Shown here piece after piece: positions 8,694-15,680 of a DNA stretch of 64,000 nucleotides. How positions within the stretch are numbered: position 1 is the stretch's first letter; every line of letters starts with the position of its first letter. The stretch lies in IMG/VR virus record IMGVR_UViG_3300009370_000002, one strand, 5' to 3'. Below the pieces are notes generated by a model. That model was not told the DNA's origin and did no database searches. It was given only the letters and a program-made list of their open reading frames with translations. The translations under genes were made by a program, and so were the position numbers. Source of the stretch: a virus.

Positions 8694-8737
8694 AATGTAT
8701 CATGCTCAGGGGTAGATGGGTAGGTCATTTTTTGTCC
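8694..8737 (-). promoter_or_regulatory. repeat promoter module 10 (TGACC half-site variant)
   Basis: -10 at 8694-99, -35 at 8717-22, palindrome 8723-37. Confidence 0.85.
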
Positions 8738-8940
8738 GATTTGAATTTTTTCAATTCTCTTCGATGGAATCTTGTGCTGCTTTCTTCTTTGCCATCTGCT
8801 CTGTACCAGTGGCATTGTATGGGATACTTGGAATAGTTTTCCCCTACCCAGACTACAAATCCCCAGCCTCCATAGCAAACATCGTTGTGCTGCCTTGACT
8901 TGCCATAAGCTGACAGTTGTACTAAATCACCTACTTTCAT
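8725..8940 (-). CDS. SH3/KOW-like mini-protein, LSxxGK subfamily
   Basis: MKVGDLVQLSAYGK...ELKKFKSDKK. Confidence 0.78.
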   Translation of the reverse strand: MKVGDLVQLSAYGKSRQHNDVCYGGWGFVVWVGENYSKYPIQCHWYRADGKEESSTRFHRRELKKFKSDKK

Positions 8941-9112
8941 CTTTACTCTCCTTCAAGTTTTCAATAAAGAATTTGCTTATCCATTCCTCTTCGCCCTCGT
9001 CTTTGTGTAGTGGGTCGTAATTCCAAACAACACAAACGCTGGTTCCACTCTCTTCTATAATAATGCCCACCGCCCCTGTTGGCTTGTGGGTTATAAGATC
9101 ACCTACTTGCAT
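8927..9112 (-). CDS. SH3/KOW-like mini-protein (61 aa)
   Basis: MQVGDLITH...GIII...V.W pattern. Confidence 0.78.
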   Translation of the reverse strand: MQVGDLITHKPTGAVGIIIEESGTSVCVVWNYDPLHKDEGEEEWISKFFIENLKESKDESR

Positions 9113-9270
9113 ACTACCTCCAGATACCTTTGGTGTTCCTCAAAGTAAACATGTCGTTCACCATCTATCCACTCGATTTCAACAGCATAGCCATCCTGCT
9201 CGGTATGCACAACTATGCCTGTGTATCCTTCGTCGGCATTGGTATATCTAACTAAGTCACCTACTTGCAT
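9103..9270 (-). CDS. SH3/KOW-like mini-protein (55 aa, MQVGDLVRY...YLEVVCK)
   Basis: Manually translated; first gene after module 11. Confidence 0.75.
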   Translation of the reverse strand: MQVGDLVRYTNADEGYTGIVVHTEQDGYAVEIEWIDGERHVYFEEHQRYLEVVCK

Positions 9271-9294
9271 TGTGTTCTCCTCGGTTATGTTAGT

Positions 9295-9338
9295 AATGTA
9301 TCATGGTGCAGGGGAGTTGGGTAGGACAAATTATGTCC
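9295..9338 (-). promoter_or_regulatory. repeat promoter module 11
   Basis: -10 at 9295-9300, -35 at 9318-23, palindrome 9324-38. Confidence 0.85.
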
Positions 9339-10197
9339 TATTTGCCCAATCCTCAATGTGACGAGATACCCTATCTTCATCCAACTTGTGGATACTGCGC
9401 TTCTTAACTAAGTAATCCCAAGCTTCACCGTATGAAGTCGTCCAGTTATCGGGCAAAGGAGCTTCAGACTTGCCAATGATTTTAGCAAGGTGCATACTGT
9501 TGTATCTACCACCCTTGTGTACGATAACCCTTTGAAGTTTGAAATCTTCTTTAACAAACTGATCAATAGAAATCTGCTGTTCTACTCCGTCAACCAAGGC
9601 ATTGATGGTGAAACGCTGTCCATATTTCTCATTCGTATCCCAGTTGCCGCTGAAGGCAGTGAATACGTTCACCGTATCCCAGTTGATGTGAGTAATCAAG
9701 CCGATATGATGTAGGGTTGTAGCATTTGCGCCCCAACCTTGCCTTTGAGTGACTTCGATGGCAGCACCAATGTCCAGCCCAAGCTCTTTGACAACGTATT
9801 TATGAACAGCCTTGCGATAGTTCTCATTAGCCTTCTTACAAAGCTTCAGAAACTTCTGCATTTCATCGCAGTTTCGACGATTGTGGCTTGGGTCACCGCA
9901 GAACCCACACTTAGGGGCAGAGCGTACCCTCTTGGTACCCTTCTTTGGAAGTGAGCTTTGATAGGCTACCAAATCCCTACACTTAGTGTACCATTCACCC
10001 CAATACTTAGGCTGCTTGAACCAGTGGCTTGAGGCAATACCTGTGGTATCGACTGGGATTTTCCGAACTGATAAGTATACCCAGTCCTCCTTGGCATGAG
10101 GGCAGTCTCTTCTATTGTGTCCAGACTTACGGCAATATCCACATGCTGATGTTCTTCTGCTGGAATATCCTGATTTACTGTTTTCAAAAATCTTCAT
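9331..10197 (-). CDS. double CCHC zinc-knuckle protein (288 aa)
   Basis: CGYCRKSGHNRRDC and CGFCGDPSHNRRNC (CX2CX4HX4C). Confidence 0.8.
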   Translation of the reverse strand: MKIFENSKSGYSSRRTSACGYCRKSGHNRRDCPHAKEDWVYLSVRKIPVDTTGIASSHWFKQPKYWGEWYTKCRDLVAYQSSLPKKGTKRVRSAPKCGFCGDPSHNRRNCDEMQKFLKLCKKANENYRKAVHKYVVKELGLDIGAAIEVTQRQGWGANATTLHHIGLITHINWDTVNVFTAFSGNWDTNEKYGQRFTINALVDGVEQQISIDQFVKEDFKLQRVIVHKGGRYNSMHLAKIIGKSEAPLPDNWTTSYGEAWDYLVKKRSIHKLDEDRVSRHIEDWANRT

Positions 10198-10226
10198 ATT
10201 TGTTCTCCGTTTGAGTTTGTACTTAT

Positions 10227-10270
10227 AATGTATCGGGTTAGGTACGAGTTGGGTAGGTCATTTTTTGTCC
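10227..10270 (-). promoter_or_regulatory. repeat promoter module 12
   Basis: -10 at 10227-32, -35 at 10250-55, palindrome 10256-70. Confidence 0.85.
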
Positions 10271-10485
10271 GGTTTGTATTTCTTCAATTCGTAGCGTTTG
10301 AATCTGCATGGGAAATTCTGAGTCATATCCGCTGACCACCACTCAACCAAGTAAGGGCTAAATCTTCTGCCGTATCTCGATCTTATCTCTTTGATGATGC
10401 CGAAGCCACCCATCACCCGTTGTCGCCAATTGGCACTCATCTTCTTTCCTGCTGCTGATAACTGTATTATATCACCTACTTTCAT
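10258..10485 (-). CDS. SH3/KOW-like mini-protein, LSxxGK subfamily
   Basis: MKVGDIIQLSAAGK...ELKKYKPDKK. Confidence 0.78.
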   Translation of the reverse strand: MKVGDIIQLSAAGKKMSANWRQRVMGGFGIIKEIRSRYGRRFSPYLVEWWSADMTQNFPCRFKRYELKKYKPDKK

Positions 10486-10562
10486 TAGACTTTCTCCTTA
10501 GTGCGCTGTGAATGAGACTTGCATAGATAAAGGTACACATCACCACCATAGTGGCGATGCCC

Positions 10563-10967
10563 TTAACTACCTCTCTTTTTCGCATATTCTTTCGCTTTGG
10601 CTTTTCTTGCTTCATCGATTTCACGCTCCTGTTGTATCATTTTGGATACCCAGCGGTTTCCATATTCGTTTTCATAGTCTGCAACGTACTCATTGTCCAT
10701 AACAAGTATCATCTTGCCTTGGAGGAACTTCTTACGAAGTCTGTACCCTGCTATGAGGAATTGCTCACCCACTGGTACGAGTTGATCATCGCTCATAAGA
10801 ACCTTGCAGATAGCATAAGGCATAGCCTTCCACTTTCGCTTGTACTCACCTGTCTTCTTGTCCAGACGAGGCTTTGTAAGGTACTTGCGAAACGCTACCT
10901 TTTCAACGATAGAGGTTACATTGCCTTGGGCAAAAAATACTGTTTGATCCTTTTTCAAATAAGCCAT
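10563..10967 (-). CDS. basic hypothetical protein (134 aa)
   Basis: AGGAG RBS after module 13. Confidence 0.7.
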   Translation of the reverse strand: MAYLKKDQTVFFAQGNVTSIVEKVAFRKYLTKPRLDKKTGEYKRKWKAMPYAICKVLMSDDQLVPVGEQFLIAGYRLRKKFLQGKMILVMDNEYVADYENEYGNRWVSKMIQQEREIDEARKAKAKEYAKKRGS

Positions 10968-10998
10968 GAGTTATCTCCTTGTCTCTGGTTATGTATAT

Positions 10999-11042
10999 AA
11001 TATATCCGGTTAGGTAGTGCCTGGGTAGGTCATTTTTTGTCC
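10999..11042 (-). promoter_or_regulatory. repeat promoter module 13
   Basis: -10 at 10999-11004, -35 at 11022-27, palindrome 11028-42. Confidence 0.85.
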
Positions 11043-11266
11043 GGTTTTTTGAATCTCTTTAGCTCATAAGCCTTGAAGGGCTGGCGGAAGTTCTCCATGT
11101 CCTCATTCCACCACTCACACTGGATGGGATAGGTTCTGCCATTTCTTTGGGGCTTTCTTCCAACTTTCTTCACAAAGCCAAATCCACCTCTGCACCTCCA
11201 ATTACCACTTCTCTTCTTACCTGCTGATGACAGCATTACCAAGTCTCCTTTCTTAAACTTTTTCAT
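11030..11266 (-). CDS. SH3/KOW-like mini-protein, LSxxGK subfamily (78 aa)
   Basis: MKKFKKGDLVMLSSAGK...ELKRFKKPDKK; start reassigned. Confidence 0.78.
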   Translation of the reverse strand: MKKFKKGDLVMLSSAGKKRSGNWRCRGGFGFVKKVGRKPQRNGRTYPIQCEWWNEDMENFRQPFKAYELKRFKKPDKK

Positions 11267-11418
11267 TGTATCACCTCCAATAGTTTTGTTTGAATCCATT
11301 CCCTTCGCCCATTAATCCAAAGCACGTTACAATAATGTTCATTGTGCTTCCTTATAATCGTGCCAAGAAGTCCATTAGGAGGATATGTTGCCTGCCTTAC
11401 TAAGTCACCTACTTGCAT
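11263..11418 (-). CDS. SH3/KOW-like mini-protein (51 aa)
   Basis: MQVGDLVRQ...LLEVIQ. Confidence 0.75.
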   Translation of the reverse strand: MQVGDLVRQATYPPNGLLGTIIRKHNEHYCNVLWINGRREWIQTKLLEVIQ

Positions 11419-11588
11419 ACTGCCTCCAAGTCTGCGCCCTTTAGATAATAATCTGTCTGATAGATGCGGAAATCGCCATTGTGCCAATGTACCGAAATTT
11501 CTCTGATGTTCTCACGGAGCCGGTATATCTTGGTGACAATCCCAAAATCTTTTCTGTCGGGGTGTGTTACTAAATCGCCAACTTTCAT
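11409..11588 (-). CDS. SH3/KOW-like mini-protein (59 aa, MKVGDLVTH...DLEAVCK)
   Basis: Manually translated; first gene after module 14. Confidence 0.75.
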   Translation of the reverse strand: MKVGDLVTHPDRKDFGIVTKIYRLRENIREISVHWHNGDFRIYQTDYYLKGADLEAVCK

Positions 11589-11613
11589 GGTGTTTCTCCT
11601 TGGTTGTGTCTAT

Positions 11614-11657
11614 AATATAGCACAGTCAGGGGTAGGTGGGTAGGTCATTTTTTGTCC
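11614..11657 (-). promoter_or_regulatory. repeat promoter module 14
   Basis: -10 at 11614-19, -35 at 11637-42, palindrome 11643-57. Confidence 0.85.
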
Positions 11658-11857
11658 GATTGGGAGGCATTGATCCATTCTGTGGATGAGCAATCCGGTT
11701 TCAGATGGGAAGGGTGAAAGACGGCTGTAACGTCCATCGCAGGGAAGTATATCTCAAATCTTCCTCCATGTTGTCCGATTATGATGCCATGTGAATCGTA
11801 TCCAAAGCCTTTCATTCTTATGGTTGGTTCTACCAAGTCTCCAATTTTAAACTTCAT
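11645..11857 (-). CDS. SH3/KOW-like mini-protein (70 aa)
   Basis: MKFKIGDLVE...SDKK; stop inside the palindrome. Confidence 0.75.
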   Translation of the reverse strand: MKFKIGDLVEPTIRMKGFGYDSHGIIIGQHGGRFEIYFPAMDVTAVFHPSHLKPDCSSTEWINASQSDKK

Positions 11858-12014
11858 TGATCACCTTCATGTCACTGCTATGACAATAACGACAACAGCC
11901 ACTGGTAAAAGCTACTAACCAACAAGTTCCGACTGTTGGTTGTGCTCGACTCTCTCTTATTATTATGCCTTTCTCTCTACTATCCCAATCATATATTAAA
12001 TCACCTATTTTCAT
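11847..12014 (-). CDS. SH3/KOW-like mini-protein (55 aa, MKIGDLIYD...MKVINEV)
   Basis: Manually translated. Confidence 0.72.
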   Translation of the reverse strand: MKIGDLIYDWDSREKGIIIRESRAQPTVGTCWLVAFTSGCCRYCHSSDMKVINEV

Positions 12015-12310
12015 TGTATCACCTCAAACCAATCGCCTATGGGGTGCCACAGGACAATATTCTCATTCGCTCGTAACATGTCGTCATTCCTTCTGAAAAG
12101 GCGACTAAAGCTTCCTGACAAACCTTCCCAGTCAGCACCAATTGCACGTTCGATTTTAGGCCCCACTTCGGGAAGCATCACCCACATAAGCTGAACGCAG
12201 TTATGTTCGTGTAAGGGAGATTTCGATCTATTGTCTAATCCGACAACCAAAGCCATAGACTTGTGCTTTTGTCCTGCCACATTGTAACAAACTAAATCAC
12301 CTATTTTCAT
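12011..12310 (-). CDS. SH3/KOW-like protein with insertion (99 aa)
   Basis: MKIGDLVCY...WFEVIQ. Confidence 0.75.
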   Translation of the reverse strand: MKIGDLVCYNVAGQKHKSMALVVGLDNRSKSPLHEHNCVQLMWVMLPEVGPKIERAIGADWEGLSGSFSRLFRRNDDMLRANENIVLWHPIGDWFEVIQ

Positions 12311-12334
12311 TGTGTTCTCCTTAGCTATGTTAGT

Positions 12335-12378
12335 AATGTATCATAGTAGGTAGTGGGTGGGTAGGTCATTTTTTGTCC
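12335..12378 (-). promoter_or_regulatory. repeat promoter module 15
   Basis: -10 at 12335-40, -35 at 12358-63, palindrome 12364-78. Confidence 0.85.
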
Positions 12379-12566
12379 GGCATCCACTCTTTCAAAGATT
12401 CCTCGTCAATCCATCGTTCATGAGCCTCATCGTCAAGCGTCCTGACAACATACACAAAACCTCCAAAGGTATGGTTTATAATCCTCACAACGATGGCTGG
12501 AAATGGACGTTTAAGTTTGCCGCTCCAGCCAATGGCAACCAAGTCACCTACTTCAAATTGCTGCAT
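12366..12566 (-). CDS. SH3/KOW-like mini-protein (66 aa)
   Basis: FEVGDLV...PDKK. Confidence 0.75.
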   Translation of the reverse strand: MQQFEVGDLVAIGWSGKLKRPFPAIVVRIINHTFGGFVYVVRTLDDEAHERWIDEESLKEWMPDKK

Positions 12567-12727
12567 ATTGCCTCCACTGCATCTTGGGTTACCTCTTCTC
12601 TGAAACCGTCAAGCCACTCCACAACAACAGTGTCACCCCAGTAGTCATCATAAGGTGGAACCTCAAGAACAATTCCAAATCGCTCAAGATTGATACCTCT
12701 AACCTTTACCAAATCACCGACTTTCAT
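12548..12727 (-). CDS. SH3/KOW-like mini-protein (59 aa, MKVGDLVKVRG...)
   Basis: Manually translated. Confidence 0.75.
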   Translation of the reverse strand: MKVGDLVKVRGINLERFGIVLEVPPYDDYWGDTVVVEWLDGFREEVTQDAVEAICSNLK

Positions 12728-12899
12728 TGATCACCTCGCACTCTTGTTCTACATAATCCTTCCCGAACCATGCGTCCATTCCATTATCAAAGCAATAAAG
12801 CCTATAAGGGTTTCTCTTTCGTCTGTCACCTATTTCAATAATAACAGCATAGCCATCCTCTGGCCATCTCTTGTCTCGTATTAAGTCACCTACTTTCAT
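12714..12899 (-). CDS. SH3/KOW-like mini-protein (61 aa)
   Basis: MKVGDLIRD...CEVINESR. Confidence 0.75.
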   Translation of the reverse strand: MKVGDLIRDKRWPEDGYAVIIEIGDRRKRNPYRLYCFDNGMDAWFGKDYVEQECEVINESR

Positions 12900-13039
12900 A
12901 CTGCCTCCACATACCATTTCAAGCACCATGAAGACTCCCCATCAGCCCAATAGCAAAATACTTGTGCTCTGCTGTTGTCAATCTCCATGATGATCCCGTG
13001 AGTTCCATCTCTGTAAATAACCAAATCACCTACTTGCAT
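12896..13039 (-). CDS. SH3/KOW-like mini-protein (47 aa)
   Basis: MQVGDLVIY...YVEAV. Confidence 0.72.
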   Translation of the reverse strand: MQVGDLVIYRDGTHGIIMEIDNSRAQVFCYWADGESSWCLKWYVEAV

Positions 13040-13182
13040 TTCAGCCTCCTTAGCCACTCTCTGGGGTATCCGGTTCTCAAATTGCCGCTGCTGGAAAATA
13101 ATATATTGCACCAGCCAGGCCCCATCTCTACAATAAGGACGATATTTCCTCTTACGGTTTCTGCTAAATCACCAACATTCAT
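13030..13182 (-). CDS. SH3/KOW-like mini-protein (50 aa, MNVGDLAET...)
   Basis: Manually translated; first gene after module 16. Confidence 0.72.
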   Translation of the reverse strand: MNVGDLAETVRGNIVLIVEMGPGWCNILFSSSGNLRTGYPREWLRRLKCK

Positions 13183-13206
13183 TGTGTTCTCCTCGGTTAT
13201 GTTAGT

Positions 13207-13250
13207 AATGTATCATGGGGGGCACTACTTGGGTAGGTCAAATTTTGTCC
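13207..13250 (-). promoter_or_regulatory. repeat promoter module 16
   Basis: -10 at 13207-12, -35 at 13230-35, palindrome 13236-50. Confidence 0.85.
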
Positions 13251-14025
13251 ACTTTTGAATTAACTCTTCCAGCATCTCAAAATCTTTGTTTTTCATTGAG
13301 ATATTGTCAAAAAACCATTCCATTGCGCTGTCATCGCCAATGGAGTACCACTCATCGGGGAGAGGGGCAGAGTCTCCATTAAGGCTCAGTACTTCATAAA
13401 ACTGCCACCCTGAGCGATTAGGTATCAAATCCTTTGACCAATCAGCTTTCAATCTGGAAACAATAACTTTGATAGCCTCTCCTTCTACCAATATTTCTAT
13501 CGCTGGAACACCTGAGAACAGCCCACCTTTAGCATACGAACAAAAGACATTTAGCTTGTTTTTATTAAAGCCCGACACTATTCCTACTGATGAACCCTCA
13601 CTGTACGGATAGGCACTCTCAATTAACCCAGAAGGTACACTAACGAGAGAACCAATGCCAAAACCATGTCTATTTGCTTCATTTACAAACTGTCTCCTCC
13701 AATTCTCGTTAGCTTTTTCAACCTTGGCTTTGAATTTTGTCAATTTCCGACACCGATTTCTCTTATGCTTCACAGAATTACAAAAAGAGCACCTTGCTTT
13801 GCGCCTTTTTTGCTTAGGCTTAGAAGCTTTCTTTTGCCTCCGAAGTGTTTCTTGCTTTGCTTTCCTCTCGGAATAAGTTGGAAAATAGTTTCCACCGTAC
13901 TTGGTAACCTGATCACAATACTTTTTGTACACTACATTAACAGCAGGGCAAGAAGTGATATTGTGACCATGAATCCCACAAAGGCCACACTTTACAGTGC
14001 CCTTTCCCCATTCATATCCCTTCAT
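13225..14025 (-). CDS. double CCHC zinc-knuckle protein (266 aa), paralog of 9331..10197
   Basis: CGLCGIHGHNITSC and CSFCNSVKHKRNRC; shared KANENxR..V......(D/G)IG segment. Confidence 0.8.
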   Translation of the reverse strand: MKGYEWGKGTVKCGLCGIHGHNITSCPAVNVVYKKYCDQVTKYGGNYFPTYSERKAKQETLRRQKKASKPKQKRRKARCSFCNSVKHKRNRCRKLTKFKAKVEKANENWRRQFVNEANRHGFGIGSLVSVPSGLIESAYPYSEGSSVGIVSGFNKNKLNVFCSYAKGGLFSGVPAIEILVEGEAIKVIVSRLKADWSKDLIPNRSGWQFYEVLSLNGDSAPLPDEWYSIGDDSAMEWFFDNISMKNKDFEMLEELIQKWTKFDLPK

Positions 14026-14267
14026 TTTATCACCCCTACAGACACAAGCTTGCCATCTGAAATAGTTCCGTACACCCCCTCTATCGGGGTAGGCTCTCCT
14101 CTGTTTTGAGCCTCTACGAGGTTCTTTATGTCTTGTTCTGTCACCTCTGCGCTGAGTGTGGCACTTACGAAATCGTCAGGAGTACCCTCCCAGTATAGTG
14201 CGTTGCCTATCCATGTCTCTCTTATAAAGAGAAGTGCTTCTCTGATTGCTTCTATCTTATTGTTCAT
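14022..14267 (-). CDS. hypothetical protein (81 aa)
   Basis: ATGA-coupled on both sides. Confidence 0.65.
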   Translation of the reverse strand: MNNKIEAIREALLFIRETWIGNALYWEGTPDDFVSATLSAEVTEQDIKNLVEAQNRGEPTPIEGVYGTISDGKLVSVGVIK

Positions 14268-14446
14268 GCTGCCTCCAATTCATCTATTGAATAAACGTAT
14301 TCTTCACCATCATTGCAAAGAACATCATATAAATCGTTGCCGTCAAAGTCCATGATAATGCCATAGTCATCACCAAAGGCGATATATGCCCCCTCGGGGC
14401 CACCCTCTTTATAGTGTCCTAACCTTACTAAGTCTCCTACTTGCAT
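14264..14446 (-). CDS. SH3/KOW-like mini-protein (60 aa)
   Basis: MQVGDLVRL...ELEAA. Confidence 0.75.
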   Translation of the reverse strand: MQVGDLVRLGHYKEGGPEGAYIAFGDDYGIIMDFDGNDLYDVLCNDGEEYVYSIDELEAA

Positions 14447-14613
14447 ACTACCTCCAGTTCCCAAGACTCTGTCCACATGTCGTCGCACATATCGCAGATC
14501 CAGCTAATGAAGTATATGGTTCTCTTTGTGAGAATGTCAGGTGCTACCTCGACTATCACACCCAGAACTTCATGAGGGTCGCCTTTTAGCTTTACTAAAT
14601 CGCTGACTTTCAT
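14437..14613 (-). CDS. SH3/KOW-like mini-protein (58 aa, MKVSDLVKL...ELEVVCK)
   Basis: Manually translated; first gene after module 17. Confidence 0.75.
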   Translation of the reverse strand: MKVSDLVKLKGDPHEVLGVIVEVAPDILTKRTIYFISWICDMCDDMWTESWELEVVCK

Positions 14614-14638
14614 AACGAATCTCCTTGGTTATGTAAGT

Positions 14639-14682
14639 AATGTATCCTATTCTGGCTTAGGTGGGTAGGACATTTTTTGTCC
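14639..14682 (-). promoter_or_regulatory. repeat promoter module 17
   Basis: -10 at 14639-44, -35 at 14662-67, palindrome 14668-82. Confidence 0.85.
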
Positions 14683-15003
14683 TCTTTTGGTTTTTGTCTT
14701 CTTATCCTTCTTTTTGTCACCCTTCTTATGCTCTGGTTTCGTTCGTTTTGGCTTTCGGGGTGGCTTCCTGCGCTTCGGGGGAGGACGCTTCATTCTTGGT
14801 GGAGCCTTCTTGTACCTTGGTGGGCGGTGCTTTATAATCACCCTCTTCTTTTCTCTCTTTATAATCACCTGTCTTATTATCACTGGCTCTGGATTAGGCT
14901 CAATATAGACATTCTGGTAGTCCTCCATAGGTATGGGAGTAGGACTAACAACTTTGATGACGCAACCTGTGCTTATCAGAGCAAGTATCATGATTCTTAT
15001 CAT
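14647..15003 (-). CDS. putative lipoprotein with Pro/Lys/Arg-rich tail
   Basis: MIRIMILALISTGC: signal peptide plus lipobox-like Cys. Confidence 0.6.
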   Translation of the reverse strand: MIRIMILALISTGCVIKVVSPTPIPMEDYQNVYIEPNPEPVIIRQVIIKREKKRVIIKHRPPRYKKAPPRMKRPPPKRRKPPRKPKRTKPEHKKGDKKKDKKTKTKRGQKMSYPPKPE

Positions 15004-15012
15004 TTGTTTCTC

Positions 15013-15186
15013 CTATTTGAAATTCTTTCTGAAATATTCGTATGCCTTTTGTGCTATCTGCTTCGTTTCATATAACATCAATGGTTGTTCTTTACGAACC
15101 TTAATGGCATACAGTCCAACATCACCTCGTTCAAGTTCGGGATATTCGGATAAATGATTTTTTGTTACTTTGAATGGTTTAAGCAT
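15013..15186 (-). CDS. small hypothetical protein (57 aa)
   Basis: GGAG RBS; start reassigned to MLKPF. Confidence 0.55.
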   Translation of the reverse strand: MLKPFKVTKNHLSEYPELERGDVGLYAIKVRKEQPLMLYETKQIAQKAYEYFRKNFK

Positions 15187-15472
15187 CTCCACTCTCCTTT
15201 GCAAGTATTATAGTGTCTATATAGTTTCTTGGAACGAATAATCTTATGACTCTCCACCCCATAAACTTGTCCGGTAGTTGTTTTTTCCATTTGAATTTTG
15301 ATGGATCGGCAGTGTGTTCTGTTTCAACAATGGCACAAAGGTGCGCCCCAGTACCATCGCTTTCAAATCTTGCGTAATACCTATTGTCAGTACACTCAAC
15401 AAGCTCTTTCATGAGAGCCTTAACTGCTTCCTCCTTTGGAGCTTTCGCTCCTGCCCAGTATATATTTGCCAT
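15179..15472 (-). CDS. hypothetical protein (97 aa)
   Basis: Start MANIYW with AAGGA RBS. Confidence 0.55.
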   Translation of the reverse strand: MANIYWAGAKAPKEEAVKALMKELVECTDNRYYARFESDGTGAHLCAIVETEHTADPSKFKWKKQLPDKFMGWRVIRLFVPRNYIDTIILAKESGDA

Positions 15473-15665
15473 GTTTGTATCCTTTGGTTGTGATAGTTGC
15501 AAGTTCATATTTATAATGTATGGTTGGCTGTACCTCTCCAACCCACTGTACGAGTACAAGGCCAGGATTACCTTCCAAGCCAGTTTCTGTAATGATGCCA
15601 TAGGTGTTAGCCCACTGAGGCATGGTTTCTTGGTCAGAGTAGACAACTAAATCTCCTTTTTTCAT
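15420..15665 (-). CDS. SH3/KOW-like mini-protein
   Basis: MKKGDLVVY...YGII...VQW. Confidence 0.72.
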   Translation of the reverse strand: MKKGDLVVYSDQETMPQWANTYGIITETGLEGNPGLVLVQWVGEVQPTIHYKYELATITTKGYKHGKYILGRSESSKGGSS

Positions 15666-15680
15666 TTGTGTTCTTCTCTT

